64,000 bases of DNA from Selaginella moellendorffii. Lineage: Eukaryota > Plantae > Lycopodiophyta. Location: positions 1,991,046 to 2,055,045 of the forward strand of contig NW_003314262.1 in assembly GCF_000143415.4 (NCBI RefSeq), written 5' to 3'. This document shows, piece after piece, positions 51,570 through 64,000 of this stretch. Made by a program: the position numbers and the translations under genes. The notes below the pieces were generated by a model. That model saw only the letters and a program-made list of their open reading frames with translations. It was not told the origin of the DNA and searched no databases. Every line of letters begins with the position of its first letter. Position 1 is the stretch's first letter.

Positions 51570-52900
51570 TTAGTGTCCACAAACAAAACCTACCAAATAC
51601 ATCAACGGATCAGTGTTTGCATTGACTATGAGAAAAGCTTGAGGAAAGCAACGAAAGTAACTCACCTCCTCTTCCTCATAGTCTACATTGACCAACTCGT
51701 CAACCCCTTCAACTTCACCACCACCATCTTCCCTCATAACATTAACACAAGACCTTGTCTTATGCTTGTTGGGATATTCCGAGGACCTATGTTCTGACTC
51801 TCCACAATGGAAGCAATGACCCACACTACCCGTTCCGCTAGGAGTAGGTTTTGCAAGTTGTTGTAACTTGTACCCACCAGAAGGAGGAACAAAGGGCCTA
51901 GGACTAGAAGAAGCTGCTGGTGGTCTCCAACCACCACCACCACCTTTGTTAACCGTTGCTTGTGAACCCTCAGAGTTAAACCTGCCTTCCACCCTCCATT
52001 TCCGATCACCTTGTTTATTCCCAGAATTCTTATTCTTGTCCGAGGTACCAACATACGGCTGCTGATATTGTTCCATGAGTGAATGGCTAAAGGCAACTTG
52101 CTGTGTTGCCTCCTTACACTCCAGGTACGTCTTCAGCTTAAACTTCAAAATCTCATTACGAGAAAGTGAACTTAAACCCTCCAGGAAATAACTCCGAGCA
52201 TCTTCATCACTCATATTTGCAATTATAATATACTTATGAGCAAACGCATTAATGTAATGCATGAGGTCCCCTCACTGCTTTAACCGCCACAGCTCCGCGT
52301 GAAGTCTCAGACCACGATCATCCGGCAAGTATTCCTTACGGATACAAGACCGCATCTTGGTCCAACTTCTAGTCTACCCTTTTTCAGCACACACGTGGCG
52401 CCACCAAGTTTTGGTATGATTGGTGAGAAAGGATTGCACACACACAACTTTTGTACAATCATCTACATCTGCCGCTATGAAATAGTTTTCCATATCGTAG
52501 ACCCAGTCCTTCAAAATTTGATAGTCCCGCATGCCTCTAAAGTTGGGTGGTTTCGGAGGCTTGAACTTTGAAACTCGTGCAACTAGGGGTGGTTGCAGAA
52601 CTTCATCGTCCTCAGAACTTGAAGAGGAATCCAATTTCTTAGGTTTATTTGTTTTAGCTGCCTCAGCTTCTTTCTTCCTCTTCTTGTTCTTCTTCTTCAA
52701 TTTGCGAATCTCCTTTCGCAAATTCTCGATCTCAACTTCTTGAGCCGTATGCTACAGCGCCATAGCATCTGGCTCTTCCTCTTCCGACTCAGCCTCTACC
52801 TCTTCCCCAGCATCTCTAATAGGAGTGCCCTCCTCTCAATTCGCCCATCTAGAGGTTTCAGCATCATCAGCACAGTTCCTTTTCACCATCCCACTAGCTG
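51570..52900 (-). pseudogene. gag: Gypsy gag (capsid + CCHC knuckle remnant)
   Basis: PKPPNFRGMRDYQILKDWVYDMENYF..TWWR and CFHCGESEHRSSEYP, split by stops/frameshifts. Confidence 0.85.
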
Positions 52901-54001
52901 CATACATGTCTCTATTAGTAACTGAACATGCTTACAATGTTCTTACCAAATAGTGTAATCCAACTAATCCTACACAGGTTGCTTCAGATCTACTAGAAAA
53001 GTCTTTGAGTATGCAACTTGAGTCAGAAAATCTGACAAAAGTTGGATAGGAATCCTTGAGACAATTTCTCTGATACCAAATGTAGTGCACTTGAATTTGG
53101 AGCTGAACTCCAAGCCTGTTGTGTTACGAAATGAGGGTCTGGTACAATCCCACGAGCACCAGCTCCCCGTATCCAACACCTGCATACAAAATGGTGTCAA
53201 ATGGAGTCTGGCACAATTTTGGCATACCGATGGCCTAATGCGAGGAGGAGGGTACCCCACTGACTAGAGTAGTGTGGATCTTGGGCTTAGACCTAAGCCA
53301 GACGCAGAATAAGGAGCAACACAGCCCAACAAGAGCCAAACTAATGTCTCAAGTGGTCGGACATACAATCCAACCACTATCCCTACTAACAATTTGGAAC
53401 CCCTCACAGCCCCCCCCCCCCCCCCCCCCCCCTTGAGGGACACACGCTTTGGGCTTTCACCCCAAGCCTCCTTAGTACTAGGAGTTAGTCTCTAGGACAA
53501 GTCCAAAACTTACTAAATATGGAATGTCCCTAAATTGCAAATTTGGACATAGGACGAACACCAAGCCAATCTCTACATTCCATAGATATGCCAAATGAGA
53601 AAATCTAGACACTTTCTATAAATAGCATTTAGGACTGAAATGAGACTAACACAAAGAGCATGATAGCAAGGGTGTTTGGCAGACACGGTAAACTATCATC
53701 TAGCGAATATTGAGGGATTAGTCTCAATATTACGGGGTTTCTTGATACTAGTAAGTGCAAGACAATGATAGGAGTTTCTCAAACCAGGCCGAGTATGCTT
53801 AACAAGAAACACATAAGGTTCTTACCTTATGTTTATCCGATTTAAGTACACAGTCATTGACCAGTTTCTCAACTAACTCAAGTAGTAACAATAAAGGGAA
53901 CTAACTGTACTGACCTTCTGCCATCATGGTAGTAAGGAAAGAGTGTCCGTAAGGATTGGCCGACAAGTATCTTTCGATACCCAAAGTCCACATTCGCGAC
54001 A

Positions 54002-57000
54002 CTTAGAAATCATATTTGATTTGTACATTTCTTTGAAGAGAAGCTTTAACTCCTACAAAAATACTTAAACAATGCACCTCTCCCTATAACTACACCTTTT
54101 ACTGAAACATATCAAACTGGTAGAATCATGTTTGCCTTGTTACTTGCATTTGAGCTTGAATTTAGTATTCTTATAGTTAAAGCCCTATTTTTATGTTGTT
54201 TACTTTGTGCATAGTTCAAACTTTCCTAATGCAAGAACAATATTAGATTTCAACAATCCCCTTAAAAACATTTTGGATGTGTTAAATAGTTGAAGCCACA
54301 ATCTAGACATACCATATAGTGTAAATCATTCTCATCCATATATATGGTTTCATGTGGTTTTGACAGCATGTAATGTTTTGAAGACAGCTTGGGCATTATA
54401 GTGGCAATTTAAAGCTTTGGCTTGGATAAAAAATTCTTGATATTGTTCCCATATAGTTAACTTTAAAATTTCTTTAAACGATTTAAGAGATTCATGAATC
54501 ATCTTGCCTTGTCATGAAACTTTACCTCTTTAATGCCTCAAATCTTCCCAGCATATGCTTTCAACTCTTACTCAGATTTTAAGCATGTAATCAACTTGCA
54601 CGTTGTCGCCAATGCCACTATAGGAAAAACATATATAAAACATATGGTTAAACTTTTTTATGAATCTATTAATGATGTTCTTTATCCTTACCCCCAATAG
54701 CAATGATCATCAATATCTTATAAATATGTTTCTGGTGTCTTTACACTATTATAGAAGCAAACATAAAAAGGATAGACTGTAAGTAAGCCGAGTCCTTGTA
54801 AGAGCTTGTTTAAAGGTTTAGATGTAAGTGATATTTCTAAATTTTTCACTTGACTGGTCCAATATAACACTAAAACCCCTACCATGGATTCGAAAGCTTG
54901 AAAAATCCCTGTTTGTGTTGCCTCAAAAACATGTTCTTGATCAAAGAGTGAACATACCTTTAGTAGTGATCATAAAACTCTATCTTCCCACATCCATTAG
55001 GATTGAATCATCAATATCTTCTATAGACACAATCTCCTCATAGATTTCTTCTTTAGCTAACTCATTTTAACCAATTCTAACTCTTGCTACTACAAGATCA
55101 ATGTTGTTGCAACTACCCAGCTAATTTATACACAAAAAACATTATCAAGCTCCTCTCTCTCAATGACAATCATGGTTTTGAGATGTGTATAATATCCAGA
55201 CTTGCTGAAGAAATGTGTATGCAAAGGGCTAAGTTAAACTTTTAGAGTTGCGACTCAAACAAGAGGAAATAGAGGCCCATTAAGAAGGATTTTGGGAAGT
55301 TTCAATGGCTTTCAGATCCACACACTCTAGCTAGTTTAATAGGGGCAATTTCCTTGGGCCTTTGGTAGGAATTCATAGCATTCTAGAATGTGCTAAAGGA
55401 TTAGCATCTATCTGTCTTCAGCTTCACTAATATTTGTCTCATTTAAGGGGATTATTAAAGACTTAAGGGATACAAAGTAGACTAGCACTTGGGTTTTCAT
55501 AGGCAAAATATATACCATTAGAGGCCCTTTCTTACCATCCCACTTGGAAATATTTATAGACATAAGAAAAAGCTATCCTTTGTTCATTTTAGTGGACCAA
55601 ATTCCAACAATTCATTTCTACTCAACTTATTCAAGGGAGAATTCCAGTCTACCAAATTTTATGTTTACCACTCAAACAACAAGCATGGTATTTTACTTTT
55701 TGGTTTTGGGGGATTCCACAAATACCTTCTTCAATGTTTTTGTGGCATCCCTCTTGGTCACTGGTGGTGTTCCATTAGTGGTTCCTCCTAGATATTTGGG
55801 TTGTTTGCTAGGGTGGAGCCTAAAGTCGAATCATTAGTTATATAGAAGGTATATAAGGGAAAATGTCAGGATAGTGCTACAAGAATGGATATATCATTTT
55901 GATTAGTATTTCACAATCATGGAGGTCCCAAAGTGTAAATGAGTCCCTTTTGCATCTATCTACTTGAAGGGCTTGGATTCAGACTGACACTATCCTATAT
56001 ATATATAAAGCAATATAAAGTGACCCAATCATGGGAAGATTTCAAAAAATTTCTTGCAGAAGAGTTTGTTTTGACAATGGTGGTGAATCTCCTTTTAATA
56101 AGCTTTGCACACTTTGCTATGTGCAAGCAAGCTAAAAAAAAATAGCTAAGTTTGACATGTAGATAGAAGATAAAAGATGGATAATAAAAATTGAGATGAT
56201 TGAGGGAAAACAGCTTTATTCACTATAAGAATTTAATGAAGCATGGTTGAAATTGAAGTTTGATGTTCACAAAGTGCCAAAGGACACTCTCATACAGTAT
56301 TATATTTTTTTTTTGCCTACTAGCATAGGGTTGGACATTGCTATCATGCTATACAGGTTGCCTTAAACATAGATATCAAATATTAATATGTGGAGACTCA
56401 ATTATCTTTATGGAATGATCTGTCATGTCAGAGTCATGTCAATGGAACAATAGACCACCAATAGCAGCTGCTCAAAGGACTCCTTTATGCCTGTTTCTTT
56501 TGTGCTTCCTACATTGATAGAATGAATAAGGAAAGTAAGGAAAGGGCTTTGATTATGGATGTTTCTAGTTCCAAGAACATTTGGGAAGTGTGTCTGTCAA
56601 GGTATTAAGATTACCAATCAAAGGAAAAGTGGCTCTAATTCACTTGCAAGAAGACGAGGAAGGTATATTATTTCTATATTCTATTGAGTAGTTGGATATT
56701 CAATGGAGCATCTTCGTTTTGGAGGCTAAAACACCACTTAGTGAAGAGGTGGAGGAGGATCATAATAGGTACGGGGACAAAACTGCATTTGTGGGGAAAT
56801 TTCATGCATTGTACCTATGTGTTAAAGTCAAGGTAGGATTCAAAGAGGCATCCAGAGCATCATACATGTTCATCAATTATTGTTCACTTCATAAATTCAA
56901 CTTTAACCTAGTGAACTCCTTTGGCCATTAGCCACCTCCACAAGTATTGACTTAGAGGGTGGAGCTGTAATAGGGTAGAATATAGTCAGTCAGTAGGTTT

Positions 57001-58500
57001 TTATATTCTTAAGGGTATGTTTTATATTTTAATAGGTATACTTAGGGGTAAATAAAACCCTTTTAAACATAGAAGTTTATTGTCATTTACATAGAGTGAA
57101 CTCCCTAGGGTTGATAGGGGAATTGCAAAATAGAAGTTTAATGTGCTTTGCAAGTGGGAGGATACCAAATAAAGGGAATTTTCATGTCCTTGACATAGGA
57201 GCTATAGACATCATTCTTGATGTTAACTTCTTTGAAATATTGGAAAACATCATGGTTAACTTTGACAACTAATGGAATTCTTTTTCCTGGCTAGGTTATT
57301 AGCACATGAATGAGCATTAGGTTTTCTCTCAATAGTATGCTCTATATGTGATGGCTGGATTAGTTGAAGATGACATGATGGGATGGTTGAGGCTTATATA
57401 AATATTACTACCAAGGATGAAATGAGACTATGGAAAAAATAGCAAAGTTAACAAGTGGGTTGACTTAGCAAGTCAATGTTCACACATAGTATCTAATTTA
57501 TAATTTATCACCACTTAATGGGATTTCATAAAGGGCATAATGTGTAATTTGAACTATTAATCTAGCATTTGAAAATTCCAATTAGCACATTTTTGAGTGC
57601 TAATTGGGACTTTCAAATGCCAAATTGGCTGTTCAAATTACACACTAGAAGGGGAGATCCAATCCAACTTATAAAGAATAAACTTTAAATGGAAAGGAGA
57701 CTTGAGAAGAATGCAATGGGCAATCATGGACCCAAGGAGAAGAAAGTAGGAGAGGACTTGAAGACAATAGTAAAAATGAAAGTAGGAAGAAGTAGTGAAG
57801 AAAATAGTTGTGTCATCAACTTGGATAAATAGAAAGTTTTTGCTATAGTGAATGACTGTAATGAATGACTGTAAACCAAATGCTTTCCACAATACCTTCT
57901 ACCACTAAAGCTTTCATTTGGCTAGATCAAGAAGAGTGTTAACATATTGATGAGATGGTAGAAGACAGTTTTGCCTATTATTGTGGGTTTGATGCTAATC
58001 ATTCCATAGAATATTTAGACTAAGTTTTGTTAACATCATATCCACAATTTTCAAAGTTTTTGGCAAAAGCATTAGAGGTGGTCTTATAATACATAGTATA
58101 GCTCATCATCAAGTTATTAATAAGGTGATCTAGTGTTAGTGAAGTTTCTTCACCTTCTATTGCCTTGGTGGATTGGACTATATTGAGTAGAAAATTAACT
58201 GATTGAGATGCGTACCAATTGGTGGATGGACTATACCATTTTTACATATGGTGTATTTCTCTAAGATTTACCCATTCCAATAAATTATACTTGAGGGGGT
58301 ACTAGTTTGAGGTCACTATATAGTATATGTATATATCATAGAGATACAGGATAAAATTAGCTTGGCTAATTTGGGTTAACTCATCAATGCAATCTGAACC
58401 ACCACTTGTTTGTATAAGTATGAGACTCTAGTAATCTAAAGATAGGTTACTCAACTAGATTATCATATCCAGTTAGTGCATGATTTCCTAATTAGATTTT
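54002..58500. other. Highly decayed retroelement-derived sequence
   Basis: No long ORF and CpG-depleted. Only faint pol-like traces, e.g. a D-x-G-A-like stretch near 57190. Confidence 0.3.
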
Positions 58501-59009
58501 ATAATTTTAAATGGTTATGGAAAGATAAATCGGAAATATAAAATAGTAATTAAAATATATTATAATTATTTTAAAATATAATATGTAAGTAAATAAAAAT
58601 ATTTAAATTAATTTCTAATATTTAAACATAGTTTATATTTCAGATTTTATACAAAAATATAAAATAGTAAAATATAATATGTCTTTATAAATAATATAAA
58701 CTAAATTTATCTGTATTTACTTAACTATTTTTTTCTTAATACAAAACTCTTATATATAAATTCTTATTGAAAAACAACTGTTATAGATAATATAATATAT
58801 AAATAAAATAAGATAATTTATTAATAAATTTAAAATAGAATATTTTAATTATTTTTTAAATTAAAATTGGGGAAAATTAATTAAATTTTAAAAATTATAG
58901 TATTTTTATCACATTTTATTTAAAAATATTAGAATATAAAATTTTAATTTTTAAATTAATATATTTTAATATAGTTTTTATTACTAAAATATTTTAGAAA
59001 ATAAACTAA

Positions 59010-59908
59010 CTAGCAAGATGTATATGAATTCCAAACATTTGATTTTTCTGGTTTAGTGCTAAATGTCTTTTGGTTTGAGAAATATAAAGCTAAATTATAA
59101 CTATTTTGTAATACTAAATATGCGTTTTCATAACAATTTTGATATTTACAGTAAGTATTTGAAGCCCAAATAGCTATTTTATTATAAGAATACAAAACTA
59201 AATTTCCATCTTCTTGTAATCTTAATACACATCCAGTGCCTTTATTTGTGGTTTTTGTAGACCATAAGCTTTTATTATATGTATATAACACTAAATTGCA
59301 ATCATAACTTAAATATAAATATGCTTTATGATTTAAATTAAAAAATGTGTTGAGAGTAGATATTGATGTGGCATATTAGTATACCCACTCATTAAGATAC
59401 TTGAAAATGTGTTGCATTCATAATTTAAATTTTCAAGGACAATATTTTGTTGTCGATGAGAAATATAATTTCTAACAAAATAATAGATTATAAAATGGTC
59501 AGTCTTTATTATTAGAAATGAAGCTGCAAAGTTTATAATTTCAACACTAGAACGATGCATAATATAATTTAATGAATCTCTAATGATAGATCCTACATCA
59601 ACACCACCTCCATTTTCTACACTACAAAGTTCTGTAATTGTTTCTAAAATAAAAATTCCATATCCAATATAAGTAGTACCTCTATCTGGATTTGTAATTA
59701 ATAAAGGTCCATGTAAACTTTGACCATGTGGAAGTGCATCATTTGGTATAGAATTGATTGCATTTCGAATAACATTTATTAGAGTATGTGTTACTTCTTC
59801 ACTAAGAACATCATAATCACCAACTTCATAACGAATACTTTGTGTTATAATTACCATTAATATTAATATTAATAAATTAAGAATATACAATATCAAATAA
59901 TTTCTCAT
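59010..59908 (-). pseudogene. Secreted protein with C-terminal bulb-type (B-type, GNA-like) mannose lectin domain; -1 frameshift in an A6 tract
   Basis: Signal peptide in ORF 59333-59908. Lectin repeats LSYDCNLVLY, LQEDGNLVLY..IWASNT and LQNSYNLALY downstream. Adding one base to the A6 at 59340-59345 fuses the two ORFs. Confidence 0.75.
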
Positions 59909-60107
59909 TATATTGAATTCTTCTAGAAATCTGTAGTTTTATAACTGCTAAACTTAATGAATAGTAAAATTTTAAAACTCATTGAGGAAGTTTTTTATTA
60001 GAAAATAATAATCACGTAGTGATTAATCTATAACCAAAACTTTTAACTTCTAAGATACTATAATTTTAAATTTTTTATCTTATTTTAATAATATTTAAAT
60101 TATTATT

Positions 60108-60500
60108 TATAAGTGTTTCATATGTGGAAATGAAATATAAAAATATGCATATCAATAAGCCTAAAAAACCTTAACTTATATATAGAAGTGAATGGTCCAA
60201 ATTAAATCCAATCCAATGGCTATCAAAATCCCACTATGCTAATATTAATATACAACATTATTGTTGTACACTTGGACTTTACATCATCCCCTCCTTTTAG
60301 GATGGAAGGCAATTAAAGTTCTCTAATTGACAGGTTAAAATTTAAAGAAATATTAGGAGGAGATACAGATGGATGTATAGGTGGTTCTAATTGTCCTAAC
60401 CCCTTTATATGAAGTGCTTTAGTTGCTACACATGGATAATTTTTGGATGATTGTCTTATTGAACATCATGCCAAACTTTATAAATTTGTGGTCGAATTTA
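60108..60500 (-). mobile_element. Diverged short LTR (60108-60283) with PPT (60284-60298) and 3' interior, same family as 14108-14500
   Basis: Shared ccactatgctaatattaatata and catcatcccctcct blocks. Confidence 0.7.
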
Positions 60501-60668
60501 CCACAACACTTGATACAATTCTTTCCATTGAGCAAGGAACCCCTTAAATAAACCATGTAATATAAGATTGAAAAAATAGATTAACACCAAGTTATCCACT
60601 TTTTACTTCGTAGGTGGATTATGATGGGAATTGTAATACCATTATTATCCCACTTATATGTGGCTTAA

Positions 60669-61895
60669 TGTGAGACACAAATCCCTAAGCTCTAAAGTGG
60701 AGCCAAAAGTGTGCCACATGGCAATGGTCAATGCAAAAGTCCAATAAGTGTAACACATTTAGACCAAACTATCCTACCTAGAAAGTTGAGAGTAGGAGTG
60801 GAACTCTGAACGAAGTGCTTGAGGAATGAGTACGAAGCAATCGATGAATGAGTCTCTAGAAGGGGACAAAAGAGGTACTAACACATGGCAAGTGTCATGA
60901 CACATGGAAGTGTCGGAACCAAGTCTAAGATGGAGTCCAAAAAGAATTCTGAGATGGAGTCTGAGAAGGAGTGGAGTCCAAGAAGTCCAAGATGGAGTTC
61001 GAGATGGAGATTGAGACTATAGGGGTTGGACTCCATTGGAACCAATTTGGCTAGGAAAGGCCAATGTGATCTAAGAAAGCTATATTTACATAGTGGGTGA
61101 TGATATAACTATTGAAGAGTCCAAAACTAAAATGAACACAAACAAACAAATGGGGAGTCTTGGTGAATGTAGCGCATGTGGTTTTAACCTTTATCTTATA
61201 GTGATTTACCATAGGATAACACCACGAAGCGGAACCTAAACCCTCTTTATGCCACGTGACATATGCCACGTATCCAAAGGACCAAGGGCCACTGAACGAA
61301 GGAACAGTGCCAAACTCCCAAGCATGGAGCCAAGGAGTGATGGAACCGAACCACGGAGCAACTCCCAAACATATAACCCAAGGAGCGAAGGGACAGAAGC
61401 CTAGAGCGACTTGGAACAGTCCTAGAGCAACCAACATCCCAATGCCAGGACTAGCATGCAAAACGGAGCCAAATGGAGTTTGGCGCTATTTTGGCATACC
61501 GGTGGCTTAACGCAAGGATATAGGTACTGCACAAGCCAGAAGCAGAACAAGGACAGACACTCAAGCGGAAGCTAGACTATGCCTCAGGTTAGTCGGCCAT
61601 ACCTAACCTACCCACTATCCCTACTATACATTTGGAACCCCCCAAGACCCCTAAATCCCAGTTCCCCCCCCCCCCCCCCCCCCCTTCCCTTGAAGAACAC
61701 ACGCTTGGGCCTTCACCCCCAGCCTCCCTTAGTATCTGGAGTTAGTCTCTGGGACAAGCCTGAAACTTACTAAATATGGAATGACGCTAGATTGCGAAAT
61801 TGGACACGGGACAAACACCATTGTGTTCAAGCCAATCTCTACATTCCATAGATATGCCAAATGAGCAAATCTGAACACTTTCCATAAATAGCATT
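60669..61895. repeat. Decayed satellite-type LTR fragment (+, 60669-61167) abutting a composite-LTR fragment (-, 61168-61895)
   Basis: tgtgagacacaaatccctaag start matches 23655; the second part matches 42604-43360. Confidence 0.7.
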
Positions 61896-62404
61896 CACCA
61901 TCCAACAAAATTCAATAGTCAGTGTATCATCAAGGAAACTGAATGATGAAACTTAACTATCGAAGATGGCAGATAGTATGCCAAACAACTTACTAAAGAT
62001 TGCAACTATATATCTACTTGTCTTTGCAATGCATCCCATGATTATCTGAAGCTGGATAATTAGAGTATTGTGTCTTCTCTTCCATCTTTTGATTCTAGCT
62101 CAAAACTATGGATCATGCTCAAACTATCATATTAAGACCCAAGAATCAAATCCCAGAGTTGCCCAATATGTTCAGCCCTGTATCCCCAAAGGAAGTTGAG
62201 TTAGTGTCTATTGTCTAAGAATCTGAGACTAAGGTATTTCAACTTTCACTCTTTGTAGTACTAAAATTATCAATGGAACATGAGGCAAAATTAATGTGTT
62301 GGATGAAGTGTGTGCTTATCTAACATCTCCTATGCAGCCAGCCATACATTTCTCTTGATTTCTAAAAGTATAGCATTAAGCATAGTATTTAAGAGTTATT
62401 ATCA

Positions 62405-62690
62405 ATGAGAATGTATGAGTTCATCCCCCAAGAGTCTCAAAGGGCTTTAGGGGCTTTTTGGCATAAGTCTGTTACTTCATGTATTTTGGAACAATTAGGC
62501 TATACCAATGTGTGCAATAAAGTGGAGAAACTATATTCTCATAGTTTGGTTAGGAGTCTCTGGGATTGGGAAGACAACTTTCACTATCATAATGTTGTTG
62601 CAAGCCATGAAGGTGAGGAAGGCAATAGCTTGTCAACTTGAAGGTAGTAACCTCTATCATAGGAACAAATGGTTGGAAAAGCCAACTTAA
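62405..62690 (+). pseudogene. Possible NB-ARC (NLR) P-loop remnant
   Basis: ILIVWLGVSGIGKTTF resembles the NB-ARC GxxGIGKTT loop preceded by a hydrophobic strand. Frames broken. Confidence 0.45.
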
Positions 62691-63779
62691 AAACTGATTG
62701 ATTGTAGATAAGATTATCCAACTTCCAAACCAGGCAATTGGCTTATTTCTTTGGATAAATAATTCATAATGACACCATTTGCTGTTGTAATTTTTAAAAA
62801 CTTTTTTGTCCTTTTATACTTCAGAAACCTAGACTCTATGAAATAACACCTAATAAGTGATTCAAGTACACACAAGACACTTCTAATAGAGAAGATCTCC
62901 ATGTCCAACTCTATCTCATAGTATCCCTTCAACGATATCATCCCTCTCTTCCACTACATATTTCCTAGCATTTAAATGCCTTATAAATGTTTTATAATGA
63001 ACTATCTTTCCATCATATTTCTTGCATTGGCGTGCAACAAACTTTTCTTACAGCTATTAAATAGTTCTATTATATTGGTTTTTTATATAAAATTTAAAAA
63101 AATTATAGAATCATTTTAAACAATATTTTTGTTAGTTTATAGAGATTTATTACTAGAAATTAAATGTAATATAATAAGAATAGAGTAATAGTTAAATTTT
63201 TGCAAGTGAGTATAACATTGAATCATACCTTATTTGTTTTTCTGCCATAATTGTATTCTAATTTACTATGGATGATTACTATAATTATCATCTAGCTTAG
63301 TTTTTCTAGGCATTTTTAAGCAGTATTATAATCTACCTATCCCTACTTTGCCACAACTATTGGCCACACTGTGGATGGTTACCATAGTTGTCATCTATCT
63401 TAGTTTTTCTATTTAGTTTTAAGAAATAATATAACCACTTAGCTCCAACTTAGCCACAACCATTATTATGTTTAATAAATTTATTAATAAATTTTATTTA
63501 TAAAATAAATACCACTATAATACAAAAACCAAATAACAATCTAGTTTCTGAAACCAACTAAATTTCCTAGCATGCTAACCAATGTCAAAAAACTCATTAA
63601 AACAATGCTAAAAACCTCTAAAACACTAAAAACTACTAAACAAATCCCTATCAATTCTAGGCACCTTGTATATCTCTTTTAACTATAGCATACTATTGTA
63701 AATTTGTGGATTAGTTAGGGCTCTAATTATTTCTAGCTGGACTACAACACCATTTTGTGTGATCTGGAGCTTTATTATA

Positions 63780-63960
63780 TTGTTGATGGCAAGCTGCCTT
63801 ACAACACTCTAGAGTTGATCAAATGCAAAGCCTTTACAACCACCATAAAATTGACCAATTGACTTTGTTGGGGGGGAAGAATTGTTAGGTGCCAGCTTAT
63901 AAGAGCTTACAGAAAAAGGATATATGGGCCAAATTATGCTATCAGTTTAAAACATTTTAT
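63780..63960 (+). pseudogene. Gypsy RT N-terminal fragment
   Basis: Trace of IEL..KP..PY...ELTEKGYI, similar to 50808-51146. Confidence 0.4.
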
Positions 63961-64000
63961 ATAACTCTACTTGATTTGGTTCATGTTGGCCTTTTTAAAG

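Larger units (their letters stand above)
48676..54001 (-). mobile_element. Ty3/Gypsy retrotransposon remnant, probably recombinant, with dissimilar LTRs
   Basis: 5' LTR 53081-54001 and tRNA-Met PBS TGGTATCAGAG (53068-53078). Gag-PR-RT fragments, poly-G PPT 49415-49432, 3' LTR 48676-49413 (contains N gap). No TSD found. Confidence 0.8.

Overview
Repeat-dense eukaryotic DNA, most likely from a non-seed land plant: it has TTTAGGG repeats, DUF26 and B-lectin genes, and 45-57 bp GT-AG introns suggestive of Selaginella (organism is an inference). The main feature is two inverted copies of a ~12.6 kb Sola-like DNA transposon. Copy 2 (27666-40240) has perfect 24-bp TIRs, a 4-bp TAGT target-site duplication and an intact 1022-aa transposase. 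It also carries a divergently transcribed multi-exon cargo gene reading as ParB/Srx-like domain + apparently degenerate beta-class N4/N6 DNA-methyltransferase fold + disordered acidic tail + truncated HAD/NIF phosphatase motif. About 25 copies of a 22-bp palindrome (ATGGCRTGWGGCCWCAYGCCAT) are spread through the element: in promoters and UTRs, in several tiny introns over the likely branch point, and in coding sequence. This suggests a transposon self-recognition system (parS-like or anti-silencing). Copy 1 (1-8856) is pseudogenised. The rest is nested LTR retroelements (Gypsy remnants, composite LTRs, a solo LTR and a TRIM, several with TSDs). Two very AT-rich islands hold secreted lectin-type defence genes (Gnk2/DUF26 and a frameshifted B-lectin), and there is an NB-ARC-like P-loop remnant. 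All domain calls are by eye, without database searches.
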